DNA of 64,000 bases from an uncultured Flavobacteriaceae bacterium (GTDB lineage Bacteria > Bacteroidota > Bacteroidia > NS11-12g > UBA955): contig CAZPHB010000001.1 of NCBI GenBank assembly GCA_964586595.1, positions 196,852-260,851 on the forward strand. Reading direction: 5' to 3'. The position numbers and the translations under genes are program-made. The notes under the pieces were generated by a model. That model saw only the letters and a program-made list of their open reading frames with translations, did not search any database and was not told where the DNA came from. Each line of letters begins with the position of its first letter. Position 1 is the first letter of the stretch. Shown one piece after another: positions 1 through 8,979 of the stretch.

Positions 1-905
1 CTGCGGAAATAATCGCGCTTTTGCTGGTAAAACTGCGGCAATTGGAGGTAATCATCCACTTCATCCAGATAATCGGCAAGGGCATATTGAATGGGCGTAT
101 TGGCGGCAAAGGCCATGTATTGGTAAATTTTCCGGAATTCCTGGGTCAGGTTTTCAGGAGCCAGCACAAAACCCATCTTCCAGCCGGTATTGTGGTATGT
201 TTTTCCGAAAGAACCTACGATGAAACTGCGTGCAGCCAGCTTCGGAAATCGGGCCACACTTTGATGTTCCAACCCATCGAAGATGATGTGTTCGTACACT
301 TCATCGCTGAGGATGAGTATGTCGGTATGCTCCACCAGCTTTTCCAGTTTGAGCATATCAGCGGCACTCAATACAGCACCAGTTGGGTTATGCGGACTGT
401 TGATGATGATAAGCCGAGTGCGGAAGTTGATCCGGTTTTTCACCTCATTCCAGTCCACCGAAAAATCATGGGGATTGAGTTTTACAAATACCGGCTTTCC
501 CCCGTTCATTTCCACGGCCGGAGCATAGGAATCGTAGGCCGGTTCGATGATGATGACTTCATCGTTTTCGCGCACCACGGCGCTGATGGCTGCATACAAA
601 CCGATGGTTGCTCCCGGCACAATAGTAATTTCCACCTCCGGGTCGTACGATGCAGAATACATCCGGGAAACTTTTTCCGACAGTTTTTGCCGCAGCGCAG
701 GCACACCTGGCATGGGCGCATATTGGTTCAGGCCCTGCGTCATGTAGTGGTTCACCAGGCTGATGAGCTTTGGGGAACAGGGGAAATCAGGAAATCCCTG
801 AGCCATATTCAGGGCCTGATGTTCACGGGCCATGGCCGACATCACTGTAAAGATGGTTGTTCCGGCCAAAGGCAACTTGGTAGAAAGGTTTCCCTGAAAT
901 TGCAT
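1..905 (-). CDS. PLP-dependent aminotransferase, class I/II (methionine aminotransferase YbdL-like). The 3' end runs off the window; the start could be ATG 905 or 908.
   Basis: Manual translation of the reverse strand gives MQFQGNLSTKLPLAGTTIFTVMSAMAREHQALNMAQGFPDFP…SFGKTYHNTGWKMGF…, a typical fold-type I aminotransferase with a PLP-lysine region. The + strand ORF 21..1010 is its antisense shadow. Confidence 0.75.
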   Translation of the reverse strand, partial: MQFQGNLSTKLPLAGTTIFTVMSAMAREHQALNMAQGFPDFPCSPKLISLVNHYMTQGLNQYAPMPGVPALRQKLSEKVSRMYSASYDPEVEITIVPGATIGLYAAISAVVRENDEVIIIEPAYDSYAPAVEMNGGKPVFVKLNPHDFSVDWNEVKNRINFRTRLIIINSPHNPTGAVLSAADMLKLEKLVEHTDILILSDEVYEHIIFDGLEHQSVARFPKLAARSFIVGSFGKTYHNTGWKMGFVLAPENLTQEFRKIYQYMAFAANTPIQYALADYLDEVDDYLQLPQFYQQKRDYFR

Positions 906-944
906 CATTCAAAAATAAACAGCTTCCGCAGCATTTTGTCCGGT

Positions 945-1355
945 TCAGCCCAACAGTTCCTCATCGCGCACCAGCATCAGGATGGCATTTTGAGGTACAA
1001 TGGCATATAGTTCTTTGTTGAACTCCACTTCCCAGGCATTCTTCTGAAGGAATACGGCCAAATCACCTTCCATAGGTTGTAAGGGCAAATACTGCACCTC
1101 CTGATGACGTGGCTTCCAGGATTCTTCAGGATCCATGAGTGCCGGAATGGGATAGCCCGGTCCAACCTTTACCACATAGCCGGAAATAATGGGTTCCTGA
1201 GCAACCACCCCCGGAGGTAAAAACAATCCACTTCCCGTTTTTTCCCTCGGCGCCAATGGCTTGATCAGGATTCGGTCGCCAACCAGTATGATCTTCCTGA
1301 GCGCGTCTGCATCTAGTTCCAGTGACATCCTCGCAAAAATAATCGCTGGAAACAC
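945..1355 (-). CDS. Co-chaperone GroES (Cpn10) family paralog. The start may be M10 at 1328.
   Basis: …RKIILVGDRILIKPLAPREKTGSGLFLP…GYVVKVGPG… matches the GroES mobile-loop and beta-barrel pattern (compare RVIVKR…KSAGGIVL). The gene is stand-alone and no groEL is adjacent. Confidence 0.5.
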   Translation of the reverse strand: MFPAIIFARMSLELDADALRKIILVGDRILIKPLAPREKTGSGLFLPPGVVAQEPIISGYVVKVGPGYPIPALMDPEESWKPRHQEVQYLPLQPMEGDLAVFLQKNAWEVEFNKELYAIVPQNAILMLVRDEELLG

Positions 1356-1404
1356 AGGCGTGGAATATGCTGCAGAAAGCGCTTAATTTTGTGGGCTATT
1401 TCCC

Positions 1405-2037
1405 ATGATTTACCGATTTAAAGTCTGGTTTGAAGAAGATGAAGACATTGTCCGCTGGATTGATGTGCAATCTTCCAACACCTTCCTGGATTTCCACAAC
1501 AGCATCCTGGAATCTATTGGCTTCGACAAAAAAGAGCCCGCCTCATTCTACATGAGCGACGACAACTGGAAGAAGCGTATGGAAGTAACGCTGGTGGACA
1601 TGGGTTTGGAAGAAAGTGATCAGGCAGAACCCAAGCCGCTGATGAAGGATGCGCGCATGCGCGATTACGTGAACGATCCGCATCAGCGCTTCGTGTACGT
1701 GTACGACTTCATCCAGATGTGGACCTTATACTGTGAGCTTACCCAAATTCTGGAAGACGAAAAAGGGAAAACCTATCCCAGCCTGTTTCGTTCCCTGGGA
1801 AAAGCACCCAGACAACACGAAGGCGCCAGCCGCTTCAAAATCGTAGATGATGCAGAGTTTGAAGAGCTTGCTGCCCGGATGATTGCAGGCCGCAAGGGAG
1901 ATGGCCCTGCCGGGGAGGAAGAACTGCTCGTGGATGATGAAGACGACGATGATGATGACGATCTTGGATTCGGCGACAGCGACGAATACGATGAAGGCGA
2001 ACTGGGCGGCGGCTTCCACGAGGAAGAAGAGCGCTGA
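1405..2037 (+). CDS. pRiA4b ORF-3-like protein (NCBI 'IS1096 element passenger TnpR family') with a poly-acidic C-terminal tail.
   Basis: The N-terminus IYRFKVWFEEDEDIVRWIDVQSSNTFLDFHNSILESIGF fits the IYQLK…PPIWRR…LHxxIQxAMGW pattern of PF07929. The C-terminus reads DDEDDDDDDDLGFGDSDEYDEGE. Confidence 0.5.
   Translation: MIYRFKVWFEEDEDIVRWIDVQSSNTFLDFHNSILESIGFDKKEPASFYMSDDNWKKRMEVTLVDMGLEESDQAEPKPLMKDARMRDYVNDPHQRFVYVYDFIQMWTLYCELTQILEDEKGKTYPSLFRSLGKAPRQHEGASRFKIVDDAEFEELAARMIAGRKGDGPAGEEELLVDDEDDDDDDDLGFGDSDEYDEGELGGGFHEEEER
1933..1962 (+). repeat. (GAY)10 trinucleotide tract encoding poly-Asp/Glu inside the 1405..2037 CDS.
   Basis: The sequence gatgatgaagacgacgatgatgatgacgat is read directly from the window. 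Confidence 0.6.
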
Positions 2038-2042
2038 TCCAC

Positions 2043-2957
2043 ATGGCTGAACGGCCTACGCTGTTGCTGATTGCCGGTCCGACGGCCGGAGGAAAAACAG
2101 CACTGGCAGTGACTTTATCGGAACAGCTTGGTGGCATTCCGGTCATTTCCACCGATTCACGGCAGTTTTATCAGGAATTAAACATCGGTGTAGCCCGTCC
2201 GTCTCGGGAAGAATTATCCAGGGCCCCTCATTATTTTGTAGCCGACCGCTCGGTAACAATGCCGCTCAACGCGGGAAGTTTTGCTGCGGAAGCAGGTGAA
2301 CTGCTGGCCAAGTTGTTCGAAAAACATCCGGTGGTCATTGCCGTTGGCGGAAGTGGTTTGTACATCCGCGCACTTACTGAAGGATTTGACGTACTGCCTG
2401 AAATACCGAAAGGCTTGCAAGAAACCATTCGCCATTTGGAGCCGCAGGATCAATTAGCGCTGCTTTTGCGCCGGGATCCGGAAGCTGCTGCACAAGTGGC
2501 CACCGATAATCCACGCAGGGTTCAAAGGGCTTTGGAATTGGTTCTGGCTACAGGAAAACCTTTATCGGCACTGCGGCAGGGCGAACGGAAGGAAACCAAC
2601 TTTCGGGTATTGGGTTTTGGCATCGATCCTGGCCGGGAACGCTTATACGAACACATCGAACTGCGCACAGCCAAAATGCTGCGTGATGGCTTGAAGGAAG
2701 AAGCAGCGGCGGTGAAGCATCTGGCACATTTGCCGGCACTGCAAACTGTAGGTTATACAGAAATGTTTGCGCACCTCGACGGAATCTACGACCTGCAAAC
2801 CACACAAAACCTAATCGCCATGAACACCCGGCGCTATGCGAAACGGCAATACACCTGGTTCCGAAATCAGATGAAACTGGAATGGCTGAATCCAGGCGAC
2901 ATAAATGCCGCTACCGACTTAATTTTGAAACGAATATCACAACCCTATGGAATTTGA
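2043..2957 (+). CDS. miaA: tRNA dimethylallyltransferase.
   Basis: LLIAGPTAGGKTALAVTLSEQLGGIPVISTDSRQFYQELNIGVARP… is the canonical MiaA P-loop and N-terminus. Confidence 0.9.
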   Translation: MAERPTLLLIAGPTAGGKTALAVTLSEQLGGIPVISTDSRQFYQELNIGVARPSREELSRAPHYFVADRSVTMPLNAGSFAAEAGELLAKLFEKHPVVIAVGGSGLYIRALTEGFDVLPEIPKGLQETIRHLEPQDQLALLLRRDPEAAAQVATDNPRRVQRALELVLATGKPLSALRQGERKETNFRVLGFGIDPGRERLYEHIELRTAKMLRDGLKEEAAAVKHLAHLPALQTVGYTEMFAHLDGIYDLQTTQNLIAMNTRRYAKRQYTWFRNQMKLEWLNPGDINAATDLILKRISQPYGI

Positions 2958-3654
2958 AATAAGTACACAAATCCTCCTTGGATTACTCACCCTAACCATC
3001 CTGGAAGTCATTCTGGGCATTGACAACGTCATCTTTATTTCAATTCTTGCCGGGAAATTACCCAAGGAACACCAGGCTGCTACCCGCAGAAATGGTCTGA
3101 TCATCGGCATGGTGGTGCGCATCGTTATGTTGATGGGTATTTCTGTAATTCTGGCATTACAAAAACCATTGCTGCAGGTTTGGGACTATTCATTTACCGG
3201 GAAAGACCTGGTATTGCTTGGCGGAGGTATTTTCCTGATTTATCAGAGCGTACGAGAAATCCACCATAAGCTGGAAACCAGCCGCGATGAAGAAATTGGT
3301 AAGAAAACCAAAGACGTGCGCAACGTGATGTTGCAGTTATTCCTCCTGAATCTGGTATTCTCTATTGATTCTGTTATCACTGCAGTAGGGATGGTCAAAC
3401 AACTTTGGGTGATGATTACAGCCGTAGTTTTAAGTATGGTGGTGATGTTGTTGGCTGCGGGTCCTATTTCCGAATTTGTGAACAAACACCCATCCATTAA
3501 AATCCTGGCACTGAGCTTCCTGATCCTGATTGGCGTTTCGCTGGTGGCTGAGGGATTCCAGGCCCATTTCGACAAAGGTTATATTTACAGTTCCATGGCT
3601 TTTGCTTTTGCTGTGGAAATGATCAACCTGCGCACTACGAGAAAAACTTCCTGA
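2947..3654 (+). CDS. TerC family integral membrane protein.
   Basis: …LGIDNVIFISILAGKLP… and a repeated multi-TM layout with the conserved DN(V/L)IF motif. Confidence 0.85.
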   Translation: MEFEISTQILLGLLTLTILEVILGIDNVIFISILAGKLPKEHQAATRRNGLIIGMVVRIVMLMGISVILALQKPLLQVWDYSFTGKDLVLLGGGIFLIYQSVREIHHKLETSRDEEIGKKTKDVRNVMLQLFLLNLVFSIDSVITAVGMVKQLWVMITAVVLSMVVMLLAAGPISEFVNKHPSIKILALSFLILIGVSLVAEGFQAHFDKGYIYSSMAFAFAVEMINLRTTRKTS

Positions 3655-3683
3655 ATCCTTCCTGTGGATTAAACCACAGGAAC

Positions 3684-3716
3684 AAAAAAAGCCCCGCTGT
3701 TGGCGGGGCTTTTTTT
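3684..3716. terminator. Bidirectional rho-independent terminator between the convergent TerC and M36 protease genes.
   Basis: A7-GCCCCGC-tgttg-GCGGGGC-T7. It is preceded by a second perfect hairpin, CCTGTGG-attaaa-CCACAGG, at 3661..3680. Confidence 0.75.
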
Positions 3717-3730
3717 GTTCGCTTCGTTCC

Positions 3731-6244
3731 TCAATGCTGAACCTGCACTTTGAAGTGGGTGCTTCCATTCACCTGCAGCACATAAATGCCAGATTTCAGC
3801 ACAGACACATCTACAGGAATTTGGGCATCAGATTGGGCAAATCGTTGTTCGAAAACGGTACGACCGCTCAGGTCATTCATGCGAATATGGACGGCACCCT
3901 TGCTGTTGAGTGGTTCCAGATAAAACACCTTATTCGACGGATTGGGATAGATGCGCCAGGCTGCAGCCGCCACTTCCTGCACACCGGTGCCATTGGTGGA
4001 AGGCACGCTGAAGTCTTGCGTTCCATCGGTTACATCATCTTCGTCACCCTGATCGGCCTTCACGCCCAATCCACGGCGCGCAAAGGTTTCCCAGATAAGC
4101 TGACTGTTGGCGCCTTTGTTGTTGATGGAATCTGCTTTGAGGATGGCATTTCGGGCATCGATAAATCCGGGGTTGCATTTCTGAAGTTTCATCCCGTCAA
4201 CCACCAACTGAATACAGATGTTGTTGCCACCTTTGCCGGTGCTCAGAGCTTCATCAAATCCATAGCGCGCAACCAGGTTCCAGTATAAATCCCAAAGCGT
4301 GCTGCACCAGATTTCTCCTACATAATGGGGAGAAACCCTGGTTCCGCTGAGCGCCCTGCTGATGTTGTTGTACGTATGCGGATTCACCGCCATGTTGGTG
4401 CTGTAAGGATAAGTCCGAATGCCTGCGCCGCTCACCGGCTGACCGAGCAAATAGGTTCCAATTCCTCTGGGAGTTGAACCAACATCACCTTTACGGGCGG
4501 TAAAAGACAGAGCAAAGAAATCACTCCAACCCTCTCCCATCTGCTCGTCATTGGTCAGGCCATTGGAATTGGCTGGTCCACAGGTTAGTCTGTTGGAAAC
4601 GCCGTGTCCGTATTCGTGGGTAATCACCCCATGATCAAGGTCTGAATCAAAAGTTTTTCCGGCAGCGCTGCTGTCGTATAAGGTTGCAGTAGCCGTTCCT
4701 GCACTGATGGAAGCAGAGAGGGTGGTTCCATTGGCCTGACTGATCATCAGTGCCGGAATGTTGATACCACTTCCACTGCCACTCATGGCGAAAGGCGCAC
4801 CTGACTGATTGTTCACCACAATTACTGCTTTGGCTCCAGCGTTCTGGGCATTGAGCACTTTGGTTGGAAAAATACAGTCACCGCGATCAACAACGGCAAT
4901 ATTTCCTTTGAGTTCAGCAGCGTTTTGCAAGGCAGCACAGCCGCGACGTGCATTGGCAGAACCGTCATTTACCCACACCAAATTTCCTGTGATGGGCAAT
5001 GCGCTCAGCTTGGGTCCAAAGCCTGCCATTACAGCGGTATAACGACCTTTAACACTGGCCGGACTCAATACTTCAAAAACATTGGAACTGGATCCGCTTC
5101 TCCAGATATACATCTGCATGCGTGGATTGGTTCCTTCAGGTGGTGTGGCGAAGTTGGCGTTATTGGTACCGCTGCCGTCCTGAGCATCGGCAAACACTTC
5201 ATCGCCGCCCAAACCACCACGTCCGTAGTTGTTCACCTGGAAATTCCCGGAAGGCTCATCAAACCCATAGCGCCACAATACATCGTGCACCGTATTGTTG
5301 GCCACAAACAAGTTGGTAATGGCAAAATCGCGGAACGCAACGGGATCACTGCTCAAAGAATCCCAGGGATAATCGAAGAGCAGGTTACTGCCGCCGTCTG
5401 GTGAATAGCCCGGCTTGTTGTTGGCATCGGCATCTTCGCTGGCATAGGCATTGTTTCCACGGGTGATGAAGTACTCACTGCCTGAAATTCCATCGGTATC
5501 GTGCCAGCCATAAGGGGAAGCCTGGTCATCGGGACTGTTGATGAGGGTTACGCGCTTCCCGTGGTTCGGGCTTTCTGAAGGAAAGTTGAACACATGGTAG
5601 TTGTAATTCGGTCCTGCAGCTGCGGGTGCACAATGCAGTGTCCAATTGTGTTCTTCCAGCACTTGTCCGGTTGATGCGTCCAAAAGCAGGTTCCACCAAT
5701 CTGTTCCGTCGGCAGACTGATAGATGATGAGCACTGCGGGTTTAAGCGTACCCTGTAATGGTGCAAATACCTGTTCGGTATAAACTGTTTCAGGATGGTA
5801 TGCTCCGCGATATGCTTCCAGGCCGCTGATGTCCTGAACCTTGCGTGCAGCCAAGTCCGTTTCGTGCAGCAAACCTGCTTTCTGTACCAACACGGCAGTA
5901 GGTAATGCTGTATATGCAGGAATTTGTTCCGGCAGCGAAAGGAAACCTTTGGTCAGGTAAACCGGTTTCCCGTTCCTGTCGAAGTGCACACCGCTGATGG
6001 CATGGTATATTTTCTTTCCATTAAGGCCCTGCTGAACATAAGCATGCGTGATGCCGTTGTGTTTGCTGAAATACAAATCCTGAACAGCGAGTTCCTTTAG
6101 GTCGCTTGCGCGCACACCAAATGCAGCAGGATTGGTCCAAACAGCACGCAGCACAGCATCTTTTGACAAAGAAGCTTCCTGAGCATAGAGCCCGGAAGAA
6201 GACAGGCCGAGGGCAATTATGGAGTAGCGGAGGAAATGTTTCAT
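3731..6244 (-). CDS. Secreted M36 (fungalysin) family zinc metallopeptidase with a PA domain and a C-terminal T9SS sorting domain.
   Basis: Signal peptide MKHFLRYSIIALGLSSSGLYAQ. PA-domain stretch GNIAVVDRGDCIFPTKVLNAQNAGAKAVIVVNN. Zinc motif HEYGHGVSNRL. C-terminus …WRIYPNPSNKVFYLE…GIYVLQVNGSTHFKVQVQH is a T9SS CTD. Confidence 0.85.
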   Translation of the reverse strand: MKHFLRYSIIALGLSSSGLYAQEASLSKDAVLRAVWTNPAAFGVRASDLKELAVQDLYFSKHNGITHAYVQQGLNGKKIYHAISGVHFDRNGKPVYLTKGFLSLPEQIPAYTALPTAVLVQKAGLLHETDLAARKVQDISGLEAYRGAYHPETVYTEQVFAPLQGTLKPAVLIIYQSADGTDWWNLLLDASTGQVLEEHNWTLHCAPAAAGPNYNYHVFNFPSESPNHGKRVTLINSPDDQASPYGWHDTDGISGSEYFITRGNNAYASEDADANNKPGYSPDGGSNLLFDYPWDSLSSDPVAFRDFAITNLFVANNTVHDVLWRYGFDEPSGNFQVNNYGRGGLGGDEVFADAQDGSGTNNANFATPPEGTNPRMQMYIWRSGSSSNVFEVLSPASVKGRYTAVMAGFGPKLSALPITGNLVWVNDGSANARRGCAALQNAAELKGNIAVVDRGDCIFPTKVLNAQNAGAKAVIVVNNQSGAPFAMSGSGSGINIPALMISQANGTTLSASISAGTATATLYDSSAAGKTFDSDLDHGVITHEYGHGVSNRLTCGPANSNGLTNDEQMGEGWSDFFALSFTARKGDVGSTPRGIGTYLLGQPVSGAGIRTYPYSTNMAVNPHTYNNISRALSGTRVSPHYVGEIWCSTLWDLYWNLVARYGFDEALSTGKGGNNICIQLVVDGMKLQKCNPGFIDARNAILKADSINNKGANSQLIWETFARRGLGVKADQGDEDDVTDGTQDFSVPSTNGTGVQEVAAAAWRIYPNPSNKVFYLEPLNSKGAVHIRMNDLSGRTVFEQRFAQSDAQIPVDVSVLKSGIYVLQVNGSTHFKVQVQH

Positions 6245-6325
6245 GTAATTAATCCTTCAAGGATACATTACAAAACGTTTACCTGCGCAAAGCGTTTACA
6301 AACGGCGGTAAAAAATCAAGCGGAC

Positions 6326-7114
6326 TTAATAGGCGCTCCAGCCACCGTCAACAGTGAGTACCGCGGCGTTTACAAAGCTGGATGCGTCAGAAGCGAGGAA
6401 CAGCGCAGCACGGGCAACCTCATCAGCTTCACCGGAACGTGGATTCAAAGCCAGACCGGTCATGATGCGCTCATTGATCAACGGCGTCATTGCCGCAAAA
6501 TCAATCGTTTCTGCAATATTTGTGTTTACAGCACCGGGAGCAATCACATTGCAACGGATGCCCGATTTGGCATACATATAACCCGTATTGCGCGACAGCC
6601 CAATGAGCGCGTGTTTGCTGGCTGTGTAAGCTGCACCTGCCCTCCCCGCCTGAAATCCTCCTACAGAAGCCACATTGACAATCACACCTTTGCCCTTAGG
6701 CAAGAATACCTTCAGCGCACTGCGCATGCAACGAAATGGTGCTTCAGCATTGATGTTCATTACACGCGTCCACGTTGCATCGTCCAAATCACCCACCGGT
6801 GCGAAATTGTCCATGATGCCGGCATTATTCACCAACACATCCAGGGTTTGCCATTGATTCAGGGCTGTTTGAATGACCCGATCCACATCTTCCTGCACGC
6901 TCATATCTGCCGTGCAGGTGATGAGGCTCAAACCTTCTTTGGCGGCCTCATCCAACAATGCATGCAAACGGTCTTCACGCCGATCGGATGCCAACACCCT
7001 GGCACCTTCGCGCGCAAAAAGTAAAGCCATGGCGCGGCCCATTCCGGAGCCGGCACCGGTGATGATACATACCTGATTATCTAAAGTTTTGTTCATGAAA
7101 TAAATTTGTTTCAA
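6326..7114 (-). CDS. SDR family NAD(P)-dependent oxidoreductase. The start may be M7 at 7096.
   Basis: ITGAGSGMGRA glycine-rich motif, NNAG, and a YTASK catalytic Tyr-x-x-x-Lys. Confidence 0.85.
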   Translation of the reverse strand: MKQIYFMNKTLDNQVCIITGAGSGMGRAMALLFAREGARVLASDRREDRLHALLDEAAKEGLSLITCTADMSVQEDVDRVIQTALNQWQTLDVLVNNAGIMDNFAPVGDLDDATWTRVMNINAEAPFRCMRSALKVFLPKGKGVIVNVASVGGFQAGRAGAAYTASKHALIGLSRNTGYMYAKSGIRCNVIAPGAVNTNIAETIDFAAMTPLINERIMTGLALNPRSGEADEVARAALFLASDASSFVNAAVLTVDGGWSAY

Positions 7115-7121
7115 ACTACGG

Positions 7122-7673
7122 TTAATTCCACACTTCAGCTACAATGACCGCAGGGTTGCTGCCAACTTTCTTTGCGCACCCGGGACAATTGGTTTGCCAG
7201 ATAAAGATCTGTTTTGCCCTGAGCTTCTTCACCTTCAAAGCATGTTCAAAATCTTGCATCCAACGGTTCATGTTGCTGTAATCACCATCATATACCCGGC
7301 TGAAATACAATTCGTCGAGGGTTTCATTTGGAACAATCGGATTGGTGGGGGCTGAGGCCCGAAGCAGGTTCATTCGCCTCTTGGGCAGCTGCGCCGCCGG
7401 ATTTAAGTGTTCAGGATGTTTGGCGTTTTTACCGCGCAGGAGCGCTTCCAGCCGGCGCAAGGCTTTCCCAAATCCGATGGGCACATACCATAAGCTGCGC
7501 AGTGTGGTTTTGATGAAGGGTTTATTGCGTCCTGCATGCAACTCATGTTGCCAAGGCTCGGCATTAAAAAGCGGAGCATATTCAATTTCATGTTCCTTGT
7601 TCGATTCCGACATCACTAAAGCGGCACAAAGGTCTATGACAGCCGGAACCCCGGCCACATGATTCAGGTTCAA
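7122..7673 (-). CDS. Hypothetical protein; family not recognised. The start may be M21 at 7613.
   Basis: The reading frame is tightly packed (7–24 bp gaps) between the SDR and FAD-oxidoreductase genes on the same strand. The C-terminus reads FIWQTNCPGCAKK. Confidence 0.4.
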   Translation of the reverse strand: MNLNHVAGVPAVIDLCAALVMSESNKEHEIEYAPLFNAEPWQHELHAGRNKPFIKTTLRSLWYVPIGFGKALRRLEALLRGKNAKHPEHLNPAAQLPKRRMNLLRASAPTNPIVPNETLDELYFSRVYDGDYSNMNRWMQDFEHALKVKKLRAKQIFIWQTNCPGCAKKVGSNPAVIVAEVWN

Positions 7674-7697
7674 CGATTCCTGATATTCCGCAGTTCT

Positions 7698-8942
7698 TCA
7701 GACGCGAAGCATGGCCTCGGCCGCCAACCTTCCGGAGGCAAGGGCAGCGTTCAGCGCACTGTTTGCCAGGGCATCACCGGCCAGCCAAATACCATTCTCG
7801 GTTTGGAGCAGCCTGGGTTCAGCGCTTACCCTTTGCTGCGCGGGAAGCGCCTGTGTGATGGCGTAATGTTTCAGCGGAACTAACGAATCGCCGGGCACAG
7901 AAAGTAACTCAGCCATTTCCGCATGCACCTGATGCTGCAATGTTTCCGTCCAGGAAGCAGCACCCACATGCGTACAACTGAGCAGATGCCTTCCTTGTGG
8001 GGCATAATTGGACGAGACATCAGAAATGAAACAGAAATTCCCAATCAGCGCATCGGGATTGGCATTCAGGCAGAGGATCGGGCGATTGATGAGATTCTTT
8101 TTGGCTTCAAAATAAAAGTTCAGCGCTGACCTCCATGGTTTGTTGATTTCGGGAATGTTTTGTTCCGTGAGGCGTTCATGGGCAGCGCTCACCAAAACCT
8201 GTTTTGCCTTCCATTGAGTTCCGTCGGTGCTGCGCACTTCATGGCGGTCAACGTGCACCACCTGCACACCGGTGATTACGGTACCGGGTTTCAGCGCCTG
8301 CCGCATGGCTTTGGGCAAGGCCGACATGCCGGCAGCGGGAATGGCCGCATCTCCGGCGGAGAAGGCGCGAAACACAAACCGAAACATGGAAGCGCTTACC
8401 TGCTCCGGATCATCCAGAAATATACCGTTTAGGAAAGGCCGGAAGAAAGAGTCGATGTATCGCTTGCTGAAACCCAGGCGCTGCAGGTATTCCAGCGTGT
8501 TCAGCTGTTCAAAAGAAAAACAATCTTCCACAGAACCTTTCAGCACCGAGTTGCGCAACCTGAGCGTATTCCATTTGTCGCGAAAGTTTGCCAGTGGGTT
8601 CAACAAGGTTAATCCCAGGGCGGAAGGCTGCCGCAGCGGATCGGCGAACAGGTATTTCCGGCCCTGTTGAAACACCAGGGCTCCCGGAAAAAAGCGTCGC
8701 AGGTTGAGGGTTTCGAGTGGCACCGGACCGTCTTTGCGGTTCAATTCCGGGTAGGCAGTTTGCAGCACCTGAAATCCACAATCAAACAGAAAGCCGTCTT
8801 CTTGGTCTGTGGCAAGGCGACCACCTTCCATGGTGGCAGCTTCTAAAACCACAACCTTCTTTCCGGCCTGTTGCAAATACCAGGCAGCATTCAGACCTGC
8901 GGCTCCGGCCCCAACAATCACTACATCTACTTGCGGCTCCAT
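7698..8942 (-). CDS. NAD(P)/FAD-dependent oxidoreductase (amine-oxidase/PPOX-like Rossmann fold).
   Basis: VVIVGAGAAGLNAAWYL…VVVLEA…GGR is a dinucleotide-binding GxGxxG…E motif; the protein is about 414 aa. Confidence 0.8.
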   Translation of the reverse strand: MEPQVDVVIVGAGAAGLNAAWYLQQAGKKVVVLEAATMEGGRLATDQEDGFLFDCGFQVLQTAYPELNRKDGPVPLETLNLRRFFPGALVFQQGRKYLFADPLRQPSALGLTLLNPLANFRDKWNTLRLRNSVLKGSVEDCFSFEQLNTLEYLQRLGFSKRYIDSFFRPFLNGIFLDDPEQVSASMFRFVFRAFSAGDAAIPAAGMSALPKAMRQALKPGTVITGVQVVHVDRHEVRSTDGTQWKAKQVLVSAAHERLTEQNIPEINKPWRSALNFYFEAKKNLINRPILCLNANPDALIGNFCFISDVSSNYAPQGRHLLSCTHVGAASWTETLQHQVHAEMAELLSVPGDSLVPLKHYAITQALPAQQRVSAEPRLLQTENGIWLAGDALANSALNAALASGRLAAEAMLRV

Positions 8943-8979
8943 GTGGCAAAATAAATACAGACCGGGAGATGCAAAGGCG

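Noticed and set aside
21-1010. 329-aa + strand ORF at the window start
   Set aside because: It is the antisense shadow of the well-supported minus-strand aminotransferase gene. Its product is low-complexity and rich in His, Gln and Arg, with no recognisable motifs.
1726-2152. Several 90–105-aa minus-strand ORFs rich in Ser, Pro and Arg opposite the acidic tail of the 1405..2037 gene
   Set aside because: They are antisense read-through of the GAY repeat and flanking GC-rich sequence. The low-complexity products arise directly from the triplet repeat.
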